Assembly: GCA_964650645.1 (NCBI GenBank)
Contig: CAZYUH010000001.1
Location: 283,032-347,031, forward strand
Length of the DNA stretch: 64,000 nt
Source of the DNA: an uncultured Candidatus Saccharibacteria bacterium
GTDB taxonomy: Bacteria; Patescibacteriota; Minisyncoccia; Phycocordibacterales; SBAW01
Reading direction: 5' to 3'
The first letter of the stretch is position 1. Each line of letters opens with the position of its first letter. The notes under the pieces were generated by a model. It had not been told where the DNA came from, ran no database searches, and saw only the letters and a list, made by a program, of their open reading frames with translations. Positions 1 to 8,141 of the stretch are shown piece after piece. The position numbers and the translations under genes were made by a program.

Positions 1-2071
1 TGAGCCCATCCGAGCCGGGGGTCTGCCATATGCCATTAAGCACCGGCTTTGAGGTGGGCTGCGCTTCCGCGCGCGCGAACGGCTCCTGCGGCAGCCTGGT
101 AAGAGCGTAGCGCATGAATTCCGACCAGGCGGGGCCTATGATGAAGCCCGACACGCGGCGCACCATCGGCGTGTTGTCGTTGTTGCCCGCCCATGCGCCG
201 ACTGAAATGTTGGGGGTGAACCCGACGGTCCAGGCGTCGCGGTAGTTGTTGGTGGTACCGGTCTTCACCGCCACGTCGTGGCCCGGGAAGGTGAACAGGT
301 TGTTCTCGCCCAAGGGCGCGCGCGCGACCGGGTCTGAGAGGACGTCGGCGATTTCCTGGGCCACCAGGGGCGGTATGACCTGCACCCCGGGCGCCTGAGT
401 GTTGTCTTCTATGATGTTGCCCTGCGAGTCCTCAATCTTGAGTATCGACTGCTCCTCGTAGTGGAGGCCGTTGTTAGCGAACGCGCCGTACGCGTTGGTC
501 ATGTCCAAAGGCGTCACTTCGCCGCCGCCGAGCACTAAGGTGAGCCCGTACTGGTTGGGATCGCCCAGGGTCGAGATGCCCATGGCCTTGGCGAGGCGCA
601 GGGTGTCGGAGAGGCCGGCGAGGTACAGGGTCTTCACTGCAGGGACGTTGATGGACTGCGCGAGCGCGTTGCGCAGGGTCATGGGGCCGCGGAAGCCGTT
701 GTCGTAGTTCTGCGGCGCGTAGCAGGGCGCTTCGCTGTTGCGGTTGTCCGAGGGCTCGCAGGCGGTCGAGAACTGGGTCGGCAGGTCGAATACGACCGTG
801 TCGGGGGTGTAGCCCTCGGCGAAGGCCTGCGCGTAGGCGAACGGCTTGAACGAGGAGCCCGGCTGGCGGCCCGGCGCCATGGTGGCGACGTTGTAGGCGC
901 CCGGAATCTCCGTGTCGAAGTAGTCGCGCGAGCCGACCATCACCAGTATCTGCCCGTTGTGCGGGTCGGTGGCGACCATGGCCATGTTGGTGGCCGCGAA
1001 ATTCTCGACGTTCGCCAGGGCGTTGCGCTTCACTATCTCCTCGGCGTGCGCCTGCAGGTCCGCGTCGAGCGTAGTGGTGACCCTCCAGCCGCCGCGCTCA
1101 AGCGCCTCGGAGCCGTACTTGTCCTCGAGGTATTGCTGGACGTAGAAGACGAAGTGCGGAGCGAGGATCCCATTGCGCTTCTGCGGCTGGAAGGCGGCTT
1201 TCTGGCCCTGGTACTCGTCGCGCTCGGCGGCGGTTATGACGCCGTGCTCGTACATCTTCTCGATGACGAGGTTCTTGCGCGCCTCGAGCTCCTCTGGGTG
1301 CTTGCCGTAGGGCGAGTAGTGGGTGGGGGCGGGGAGCATGGCTGCCAGGTAGGCCGACTCGAGGACGGAGAGGTCGGCCGCGTGCTTGTCGAAGTAGGTC
1401 ATCGAGGCTTCCTCGACGCCGTAGAGCTGGCCGCCGAAGGGCGCCTGGTTGAGGTAGAGCTCCAGTATCTGGTCTTTGGTGAGCACGCGCTCCATCTTGA
1501 GCGCCAATATCCACTCCTTTATCTTGCGAATGGGGGACTTGTCGGAGGTGAGTATGGTGAGCTTGACCACCTGCTGGGTTATGGTCGAGCCGCCCTGGCC
1601 CGACAAGAGCTCGCCTTGCAGGAAGTTGGTCCATATGGCGCGGGCTATGGCCGTGGGCTTTATCCCGAGGTGCGTGTAGAAGTCAGGGTCCTCGATGGAG
1701 ATGATGGCCTGCTGGAGGTTGGTCGAGATGGAATCGAGCGGCACGGCGGTGCGCTGCATGTCCTTGTGGAGGTCGTAGAGAAGGACGGTGCCGGTGCGGT
1801 CGTATATCTTGACCGACTGCTCGACGCGGCGGGTTTCCAGGGAGTTGAGGTCGGGGAGCCGGAGGGTGGCGGCCCATATGAGGAGCCCGCCGCCTATGAT
1901 GAGGCATAGCCCGAACGCCCAGACGCCGAACGACTGCCAGTTGCGGCGCGCGTAGCGCGTCCAGTAGTCGAATGAGTCGTCCGCGCGGTCGAACAGTTTC
2001 CCGAATCGCGGATGGAGCGCCTTGTGGGCCTTATTGTAATAGCGGCGGTACATCGCCTTTAATGTGCGCAT
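1..2071 (-). CDS. Class A penicillin-binding protein (transglycosylase/transpeptidase), 3' end outside window
   Basis: Manual minus-strand translation from MRTLKAMYRR. N-terminal TM, transglycosylase motifs (EDPDFYTHLGI, QGGSTITQQVVK), transpeptidase motifs (QPGSSFKP, SINVP, KTGTTN). Absent from the ORF track because it has no stop in the window. TGgTAGAAT lies 6 nt upstream of the ATG at 2071. Confidence 0.93.
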   Translation of the reverse strand, partial: MRTLKAMYRRYYNKAHKALHPRFGKLFDRADDSFDYWTRYARRNWQSFGVWAFGLCLIIGGGLLIWAATLRLPDLNSLETRRVEQSVKIYDRTGTVLLYDLHKDMQRTAVPLDSISTNLQQAIISIEDPDFYTHLGIKPTAIARAIWTNFLQGELLSGQGGSTITQQVVKLTILTSDKSPIRKIKEWILALKMERVLTKDQILELYLNQAPFGGQLYGVEEASMTYFDKHAADLSVLESAYLAAMLPAPTHYSPYGKHPEELEARKNLVIEKMYEHGVITAAERDEYQGQKAAFQPQKRNGILAPHFVFYVQQYLEDKYGSEALERGGWRVTTTLDADLQAHAEEIVKRNALANVENFAATNMAMVATDPHNGQILVMVGSRDYFDTEIPGAYNVATMAPGRQPGSSFKPFAYAQAFAEGYTPDTVVFDLPTQFSTACEPSDNRNSEAPCYAPQNYDNGFRGPMTLRNALAQSINVPAVKTLYLAGLSDTLRLAKAMGISTLGDPNQYGLTLVLGGGEVTPLDMTNAYGAFANNGLHYEEQSILKIEDSQGNIIEDNTQAPGVQVIPPLVAQEIADVLSDPVARAPLGENNLFTFPGHDVAVKTGTTNNYRDAWTVGFTPNISVGAWAGNNDNTPMVRRVSGFIIGPAWSEFMRYALTRLPQEPFARAEAQPTSKPVLNGIWQTPGSDGL

Positions 2072-2104
2072 GCGGCTATTCTACCACTGTGATACAGTAC
2101 CGCT

Positions 2105-3274
2105 ATGGGTTTTTTTAGTAAGCGCGCCGCTGTTTCTACCGACCGGGCGGCTATAGATGAACTCCTCAGCCGCGGCGTGGAGAACGTCCTGCCCAAGGAG
2201 CTGGCGCAGAAGAAGCTTGCGAGCGGAGAGCGCCTCCGCGTATACCTCGGCATAGACCCTACGGGAGCCAAGCTCCATTTAGGCCACTCGGTGCCGTTGC
2301 GCAAATTGCGCGCGTTCGCCGACCTGGGCCACGAGGTTATTTTCGTCGTAGGGAGCTTTACCGCGACGATAGGGGACCCGACGGGCCGCGACGCGGCGCG
2401 CGAGCCCCTGACCAAGAAGCAGGTGGAAGAGAACTTCAAGGACTACAAGCGCCAGGCGCAGAAGATACTGGACTTCTCCAATATAGAAGTGCGCTATAAC
2501 GGCGAGTGGCTCGAGCCCCTGAATTTCGCCGACATTGTAAGGCTCGCCAGCAACTACACGATAGGGCAGCTTATACAGCGCGACATGTTCCAGAGGCGCA
2601 TCAAGGACGGCAAGCCTATAAGCCTCCACGAGTTCCTCTATCCGCTCATGGTCGGGTACGACTCGGTCGTGCTCGACGTGGACTGCGAGCTCGGCGGCTC
2701 CGACCAGGAGTTCAATATGCTTTCAGGGCGGCACTTGCAGGAGCGCATGGGCAAGCGCGACAAGTTCATACTTACGACGCGGCTCATAGAGGGCCTTGAC
2801 GGGCGCAAGATGAGCAAGACGTACGATAACTGCGTGTACCTCGAGGACGAGCCGGCCGATATGTACGGAAAGATAATGGCGGTGAAGGACGAGCTTGTGG
2901 GCGCCTACTTTGAAACGGCCACCGGCGTGCCCATGGGCGAAGTGGAGGAGATACTGAAAGGCCACCCCAAGGAGGCGAAGATGCGCCTGGCGCGCGAGAT
3001 AGTGGCCATGTATCACGATGCGGCCGCGGCGCAGAAGGCTGAGGCTGATTGGCAAAACACATTCAGCCAGGGCGGCGTGCCCGCAAATATCCCGACCGTA
3101 GCCGCAGGCAAGCTGCGCGACATCGTGGACGGCGTTTCGATGAGCGAACTGCGCCGCCTCGTGGACGCGGGCGCGGTTTCCTACGTTGAGAGCGGCGAGA
3201 AGGTGCCGAGCATCGATGCGGAAGTGAAAGGCGTCATACGCATCGGCAAGCACCGGTTCCTGAAGGCGGAATAA
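2105..3274 (+). CDS. tyrS: Tyrosine--tRNA ligase
   Basis: YLGIDPTG..LHLGH, YPLMVGYD, GGSDQ, KMSKT, C-terminal S4-like IRIGK. Confidence 0.97.
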   Translation: MGFFSKRAAVSTDRAAIDELLSRGVENVLPKELAQKKLASGERLRVYLGIDPTGAKLHLGHSVPLRKLRAFADLGHEVIFVVGSFTATIGDPTGRDAAREPLTKKQVEENFKDYKRQAQKILDFSNIEVRYNGEWLEPLNFADIVRLASNYTIGQLIQRDMFQRRIKDGKPISLHEFLYPLMVGYDSVVLDVDCELGGSDQEFNMLSGRHLQERMGKRDKFILTTRLIEGLDGRKMSKTYDNCVYLEDEPADMYGKIMAVKDELVGAYFETATGVPMGEVEEILKGHPKEAKMRLAREIVAMYHDAAAAQKAEADWQNTFSQGGVPANIPTVAAGKLRDIVDGVSMSELRRLVDAGAVSYVESGEKVPSIDAEVKGVIRIGKHRFLKAE

Positions 3275-3279
3275 GCATG

Positions 3280-3309
3280 GAAAATCCCCGGCCTGCGCCG
3301 GGGATTTTC
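3280..3309. terminator. Bidirectional intrinsic terminator
   Basis: GAAAATCCCCGGC-ctgc-GCCGGGGATTTTC between convergent genes. Confidence 0.8.
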
Positions 3310-3310
3310 G

Positions 3311-3448
3311 CTACATCTCCTCCTCGTCGAGGCCTTCTTCCTCCTCTTCGTCCTCGAGCTCTTCCTCGTCATCGCCCTCGCCGGTGGGGGAGTTGTCGAG
3401 CTCGGGCTCCTCGTCCAGCATCATCTCGGGGTCAAACTCTTCGTGCAT
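3311..3448 (-). CDS. 45-aa highly acidic small protein
   Basis: MHEEFDPEMMLDEEPELDNSPTGEGDDEEELEDEEEEEGLDEEEM*. GC3-rich codons; fills the gap between ruvC and the terminator. Confidence 0.7.
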   Translation of the reverse strand: MHEEFDPEMMLDEEPELDNSPTGEGDDEEELEDEEEEEGLDEEEM

Positions 3449-3506
3449 GGGTGCTGTAACCTATTCTTATTAATTACGCGGACCTTAACGCCTCTGTTTT
3501 ACCAAA

Positions 3507-3977
3507 CTATCGGATTGACGCAAGGCAGGTAATCCCCACGGCTATGGCATCGAGCTCGTCGTCGAGGCGCTTGCCCGGCTGCATGCCCACGAGACGCGGG
3601 ACCATGAGCGCGATGCCCGCCTTGTCGCTGCGCCCGTTGCCGGTAATGGCGACTTTTACCTGGAGCGGCGTGTACTCGTGCGCCGGGAGATTGCTGCGGG
3701 CGGCGAGGTACAGGAGCATGCCGCGCACCGCCGAGACATTCATCGCCGTTTTCGCGTTGTTCTCGAAATACAGGCTCTCGAGCGCGACGCACGAGGGCGC
3801 CCATGCCGCGATGAGCGATTCCACCTCGCGGCCCAGAATCGCGAGGCGCGCGGGGAAGCTGTCCTTGGCGCTCGTGCGCGCGCATGCGGAGTACAGGAGC
3901 TTCTCCCTCCCGTTCCCCCTCTCCAGCACCGCGATGCCTAAGCGCTCGTAGCCGGGGTCAAAGGCAAGCACTCTCAT
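3507..3977 (-). CDS. ruvC: Holliday junction resolvase RuvC
   Basis: LAFDPG, ALESLYF, YTPLQVK, DDELDAIAV motifs. Confidence 0.95.
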   Translation of the reverse strand: MRVLAFDPGYERLGIAVLERGNGREKLLYSACARTSAKDSFPARLAILGREVESLIAAWAPSCVALESLYFENNAKTAMNVSAVRGMLLYLAARSNLPAHEYTPLQVKVAITGNGRSDKAGIALMVPRLVGMQPGKRLDDELDAIAVGITCLASIR

Positions 3978-3985
3978 GCGGCTTA

Positions 3986-4510
3986 TTATGCCGCATTCGT
4001 ATAAATAGCGTTAACGTCGTCGTGCTCTTCGAGCGCCTCCATGAGGTCGGCGACCTTCTGGGTGTCCTCATCGCTCAGCTCGAGCGGGGAGAGCGGCTCC
4101 AGCGCGCCTTCTGCGTTCTTTGAAAATGCCCACAGCGCGGCGCCTTGCGTGGCCAGCGAGCCGCCGTGCAGCGACAGAAGATGCTTGAGTTCCTGCACGG
4201 TGCGGTTGCGGTTGTCGGTCATCGCCTCTATCACCATTGCGGTGCCGCCCGGGCCGTAGGCCTCGTAGGTGGCGGTTTCCATCTCGACCCCGTCGCTCTT
4301 GCTGAGAGCACGCTCGATGTTGTCCTTGGGCATGTTGTCCGCGAGCGCGCGGTCCACCGCATTGCGCACGCCGGCGGCGGTCTTGTCGCCCTTCGCCTTC
4401 TTGAGCTCCACGCCGATGATCTTCACGTGCTTGCTGAAGAGCTTCGCTTTCTGCGCGTCGGTCTTGCCCTTGGTGTGCTTTAATTTCGCCCATTTGGAAT
4501 GCCCTGCCAT
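3986..4510 (-). CDS. yebC: YebC/PmpR family protein (short form)
   Basis: MAGHSKWAKLKH, YEAYGPGG, TDNRNRT, LEEHDDVNAIYTN; adjacent to ruvC. Confidence 0.95.
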   Translation of the reverse strand: MAGHSKWAKLKHTKGKTDAQKAKLFSKHVKIIGVELKKAKGDKTAAGVRNAVDRALADNMPKDNIERALSKSDGVEMETATYEAYGPGGTAMVIEAMTDNRNRTVQELKHLLSLHGGSLATQGAALWAFSKNAEGALEPLSPLELSDEDTQKVADLMEALEEHDDVNAIYTNAA

Positions 4511-4526
4511 ATGCTGGAAGTGTAAT

Positions 4527-5570
4527 TTATATGAGCCGCTCGTTCAAATCCTCCGGCGGGGTGAGCCCCAGGTGCTCGTAGGCGCGGCGCGTAGCGACGC
4601 GGCCGCGCTGGGTGCGCTCGATGAGGCCCAGCTGCAGGAGGAACGGCTCGTGCACCTCGCTTAAGGTCGCCGGCTCTTCCGAGAGCGCGGCGGCCAAAGC
4701 GTTCACGCCCGTGGGGCCACCGTTGAAGCGCTCGATGAGCGCCAAAAGAAGCTTGCGGTCCAAGGGCGTGAGGCCTAGCGCGTCTACTTCAAGCAAGCCG
4801 AGCGATTCGCCGACTATCTGCGCGGACAGCGGCGCGCGCTTGAGCTGGGCGTAGTCGCGGGCGCGCTTCAGGAGGTAGTTGGCCGTGCGCGGCGTGGAGC
4901 GGGAGCGCTTGGCGATTTCGCGCACGCCGCTCTCTTCTACCTCCACGCCTAGTATTGCGGCCGAGCGCGTAACGATGTCCGCGATATCGTCCTCGCTGTA
5001 GAACTCGAGGCGGTACACGCCGCCCGAGAAGCGCGAGCGAAGCGGCGCCGAGAGGTCCGCGACGCGCGTGGTGGCGGCCACGAGCGTGAACGGCGGCAGA
5101 GGAAGCTCGATGGTGCGCGCCGAGGGGCCCTTGCCGATGATGATATTGAGGACGCCCGACTCCATGGCGGGGTAGAGCACCTCTTCGATACTGCGCGAAA
5201 GGCGGTGTATCTCGTCAATGAACAGGATGTCGCCCTGCTGGAGATTGGTAAGCAGCGCCGCGAGGTCGCCGACGCGCTCAATGGCCGGGCCCGAGGTGGA
5301 GCGCAGGGCGCCGCCGAGCTCGCGGGCGATGAGGTGCGCCAGCGTGGTCTTGCCCAGCCCCGGCGGCCCGTAAAACAGCACGTGCTCGGGCGGGGTGCGA
5401 CGCTCCTTTGCGGCTGATATCAAAATATGCAGGTTGTTCTTGACCGATTCCTGGCCCACGTACTCGTCCCAGGAGGCGGGGCGCAGGGTCTGGTCCAAAT
5501 ACGAGGCGTCGGGGGCCGGGGAGGGGGATTCCGGCTCGAAGTCCTGGGGTTCCAAGGCGTCGCTTGACAT
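4527..5570 (-). CDS. ruvB: Holliday junction branch migration helicase RuvB
   Basis: [48 protein letters not shown]. Confidence 0.98.
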   Translation of the reverse strand: MSSDALEPQDFEPESPSPAPDASYLDQTLRPASWDEYVGQESVKNNLHILISAAKERRTPPEHVLFYGPPGLGKTTLAHLIARELGGALRSTSGPAIERVGDLAALLTNLQQGDILFIDEIHRLSRSIEEVLYPAMESGVLNIIIGKGPSARTIELPLPPFTLVAATTRVADLSAPLRSRFSGGVYRLEFYSEDDIADIVTRSAAILGVEVEESGVREIAKRSRSTPRTANYLLKRARDYAQLKRAPLSAQIVGESLGLLEVDALGLTPLDRKLLLALIERFNGGPTGVNALAAALSEEPATLSEVHEPFLLQLGLIERTQRGRVATRRAYEHLGLTPPEDLNERLI

Positions 5571-5641
5571 AAAATAGATAGTATGATAGGCTACCCATTA
5601 GCCAGCACCTCCTATGGGGAGGTCTTTTCTTTTAGCTATTT

Positions 5642-5802
5642 GGGAGAAGTTCACCATCAAGCAATGCGGCTTAACCGTTTTGGAACCGTACCGAGGACCT
5701 CCTGGCGCCTGTTTTATACATGGACCGCGGGGAGTATCCTTAGATGCGACTTCCGCTTCATCGCTAGTCGATGATGTGCATTGCTTGGCGGTGAACTCTT
5801 CC
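5642..5802 (+). ncRNA. Putative 6S RNA-like structured RNA
   Basis: About 26-bp closing stem (GGGAGAAGTTCACCATCAAGCAATGC / GCATTGCTTGGCGGTGAACTCTTCC), central unpaired bubble, inner irregular stem-loop. G-U pairs favour the + strand. Intergenic, followed by a terminator. Confidence 0.62.
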
Positions 5803-5820
5803 TGAACCCACTCTACACCC

Positions 5821-5858
5821 AAACCCCCCGCCGCGGCAGATTGACCGGCGGGGGTTTT
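5821..5858. terminator. Bidirectional terminator between ncRNA candidate and pilB
   Basis: AAACCCCCCGCCG...CGGCGGGGGTTTT. Confidence 0.7.
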
Positions 5859-5864
5859 GTGGCC

Positions 5865-7535
5865 CTAGTCGAGGTCGACGACGCGCCTCAGTTCCTCGAG
5901 CGAGGTGATGCCGCGCAGGACCTTCATGATGCCGTCCTCCTGCATGGTCGGTATCCCTTGCGGCTTGGCCGCCGCGGCAATCTCGCGCCCCGAGGGCTTG
6001 GAGCGCAGGATGGCCTCTATCGCGGCGTCCATGAACACCGCCTCGAAGATGCCCACGCGCCCCCTGTAGCCGCGGCCGCGGCACTCCGCGCACCCCTCCG
6101 GGTTCGCGTCCCATACCGCGTCGGTCTTCTGCGGCACCAGCGCCTTGTCCGCGACGGTCGCCAGGTGCTTGTCTATCAGCGCCTTTTCCTCGGGCGTCGC
6201 GGGGCGCTCTTTCTTGCACGCGTTGCACAGCGTGCGCACGAGGCGCTGGGCCAATGCGGCGTTGACCGCCGAGGAGATGACCTTCTCGTCGACGCCCAGG
6301 TCGATGAGGCGGGGGAACGAGCCCGGCGCGTCGTTGGTGTGGAGCGTGGAGAACACCAGGTGGCCTGTGAGCGCGGCGTTAATGGCAACCTCCGCCACCT
6401 CGCCGTCTCTAATCTCGCCGACCATGATGATGTCGGGGTCCTGCCTGAGCGCCGAGCGCAATCCTTCGGCGAAGGTGTACTTGCCCTTTTCCACCTGGGT
6501 CTGCACGATGCCCTGCAGGTGGTACTCGATAGGGTCTTCTATGGTGATGATTTTCGAGCCGGGCGAGTTGACTTTGCGCAGGAACGCGTAGAGGCTGGTC
6601 GTCTTTCCCGAGCCGGTGGGGCCGGTCGTGAGTATCATGCCGTTGGGCTTGCTTATCTCCTTTTCAAGCCGCGTCCGGAGCTTCTCGCCCAGCCCGAGCG
6701 CCTCGAGCTCGACGCCTATCGCCTTGGGGTTGAGGATGCGCAGCACCAGGGTGTCCTGGTAGTTGCCCGGGAGTATCGAGGTGCGCAGCTCTATCTCGTC
6801 GCCCTTTATCTTGATGGAGAAGCGGCCGTCCTGCGCCTGGCCCTCGATGTTGAGCTTGAGGCCCGAGAGGAGCTTGAGGCGCGAGAGGATGAGGCGGTAG
6901 GTCTCGTGGTCGAAGGAGAGCATGTCCACCAGTACGCCGTCGAGGCGGTAGCGCAGGCGCACCTTCGCCTCCTCGGGCTCGAAGTGGATGTCGGAGGCGC
7001 CGGTCGAGAGTCCGCCTGCCAAAATAACCTCCAGTATGCGCGTGATGCGGTAGGCTTTCTTGAGCTCGATGGCCTCGGTGATGAGGGTAGTGATGTCCTC
7101 GGGCCCTTTGACTTTTTCAAGGAGCCCCTCGAGCTCCTCGTTTGAAAGCTCGAACACGCCCGCCTTCGTTTCCGTGGCGTAGGAAAGGTCGGCGTAGCGC
7201 TGGTACGCGCGCTTGAGCGATTCAAGCGAGCACATGAACAGCGCGACCTCGTAGCCCTGCTCCTCGAGCTTGCGCGCGAGCAGCTTCACCTTGTCGCTCT
7301 CGGGGGCGCGCACCGCGACCGAGAGCCGCTTGTTGACCTTGCCGAACGCCGCCGCTTCGGCCGCTTTCGCCTCGGCTTCGGGGATGACGCGCAGGGCGTC
7401 GGTGTTCACCGCCACCAGGGAAAGGTCGACGTACTCGACGCCGTACTTCCTCGAGAGCATCTGCGCCAGCTCCTCCTCCTCGCGCTTGCGCAGGAACTCC
7501 ACGCGCTTCTCGCCCTCATCGTTGAATTCCAGCAT
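5865..7535 (-). CDS. Type IV pilus / T2SS assembly ATPase (PilB/GspE family)
   Basis: ASDIHFEP, TGPTGSGKTTSLY, ITIEDPIEY, LRQDPDIIMVGEIRD, TGHLVFSTLHTN, CxxC pairs. Confidence 0.95.
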   Translation of the reverse strand: MLEFNDEGEKRVEFLRKREEEELAQMLSRKYGVEYVDLSLVAVNTDALRVIPEAEAKAAEAAAFGKVNKRLSVAVRAPESDKVKLLARKLEEQGYEVALFMCSLESLKRAYQRYADLSYATETKAGVFELSNEELEGLLEKVKGPEDITTLITEAIELKKAYRITRILEVILAGGLSTGASDIHFEPEEAKVRLRYRLDGVLVDMLSFDHETYRLILSRLKLLSGLKLNIEGQAQDGRFSIKIKGDEIELRTSILPGNYQDTLVLRILNPKAIGVELEALGLGEKLRTRLEKEISKPNGMILTTGPTGSGKTTSLYAFLRKVNSPGSKIITIEDPIEYHLQGIVQTQVEKGKYTFAEGLRSALRQDPDIIMVGEIRDGEVAEVAINAALTGHLVFSTLHTNDAPGSFPRLIDLGVDEKVISSAVNAALAQRLVRTLCNACKKERPATPEEKALIDKHLATVADKALVPQKTDAVWDANPEGCAECRGRGYRGRVGIFEAVFMDAAIEAILRSKPSGREIAAAAKPQGIPTMQEDGIMKVLRGITSLEELRRVVDLD

Positions 7536-7648
7536 TGCCTATATTGTATACTCCTTTAGATATGGCCATACCGCCCCGCATAGCCGCCGCGCGCGAGACA
7601 TTCCGAAAGACATTACAAGCAGGCCCTCATTCTCCCGCTTTCTAGGCT

Positions 7649-8113
7649 ATGACCCGCGTGGCGCTCTATGAGCTGTCGTATTTCGTCCGCAACATGCTCG
7701 CGGTCCTGGCGCTCGCCGACAGCAAGGACTCCGCGACCGTGCTCGCGCTCAAGGGCGACCTCGGAGCAGGAAAGACGACGTTCACGCAGGCGCTCGCGCG
7801 CGAGCTGGGGGTGCAGGATGCGGTGCAGAGCCCGACGTACGTCCTCATGAAGAGCTACCCGCTGGAGCTTTCCGATGCGGGCGCGAACACGAACAAGAAG
7901 TTCACGAAGCTCGTGCACATAGACGCCTACCGGCTGGAGCGCCCGGAAGAGTTCGACGTCCTGCGGCCGCAGGAGTTCCTTAGCGACCCGTATGCGCTGG
8001 TGGTCGTCGAGTGGCCGGAGAAGCTTGAAGGCAGGCTCCCCAAGCCCGACATGACGCTGGTGTTTTCTGCCGACGGCGCGGCCCCCGACGAGCGGGACAT
8101 CGACGCGGTGTAA
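7649..8113 (+). CDS. tsaE: tRNA threonylcarbamoyladenosine biosynthesis ATPase TsaE
   Basis: LKGDLGAGKTTF, VQSPTY, HIDAYRL, VEWPE. Confidence 0.95.
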   Translation: MTRVALYELSYFVRNMLAVLALADSKDSATVLALKGDLGAGKTTFTQALARELGVQDAVQSPTYVLMKSYPLELSDAGANTNKKFTKLVHIDAYRLERPEEFDVLRPQEFLSDPYALVVVEWPEKLEGRLPKPDMTLVFSADGAAPDERDIDAV

Positions 8114-8141
8114 AATCCCTCCCAAGAGGTACAATGGCCCC

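Noticed and set aside
5564-5587. TTGACA...TATGAT as a canonical sigma70 promoter
   Set aside because: Spacer is only 12 nt; TTGACA overlaps the ruvB start codon on the opposite strand.
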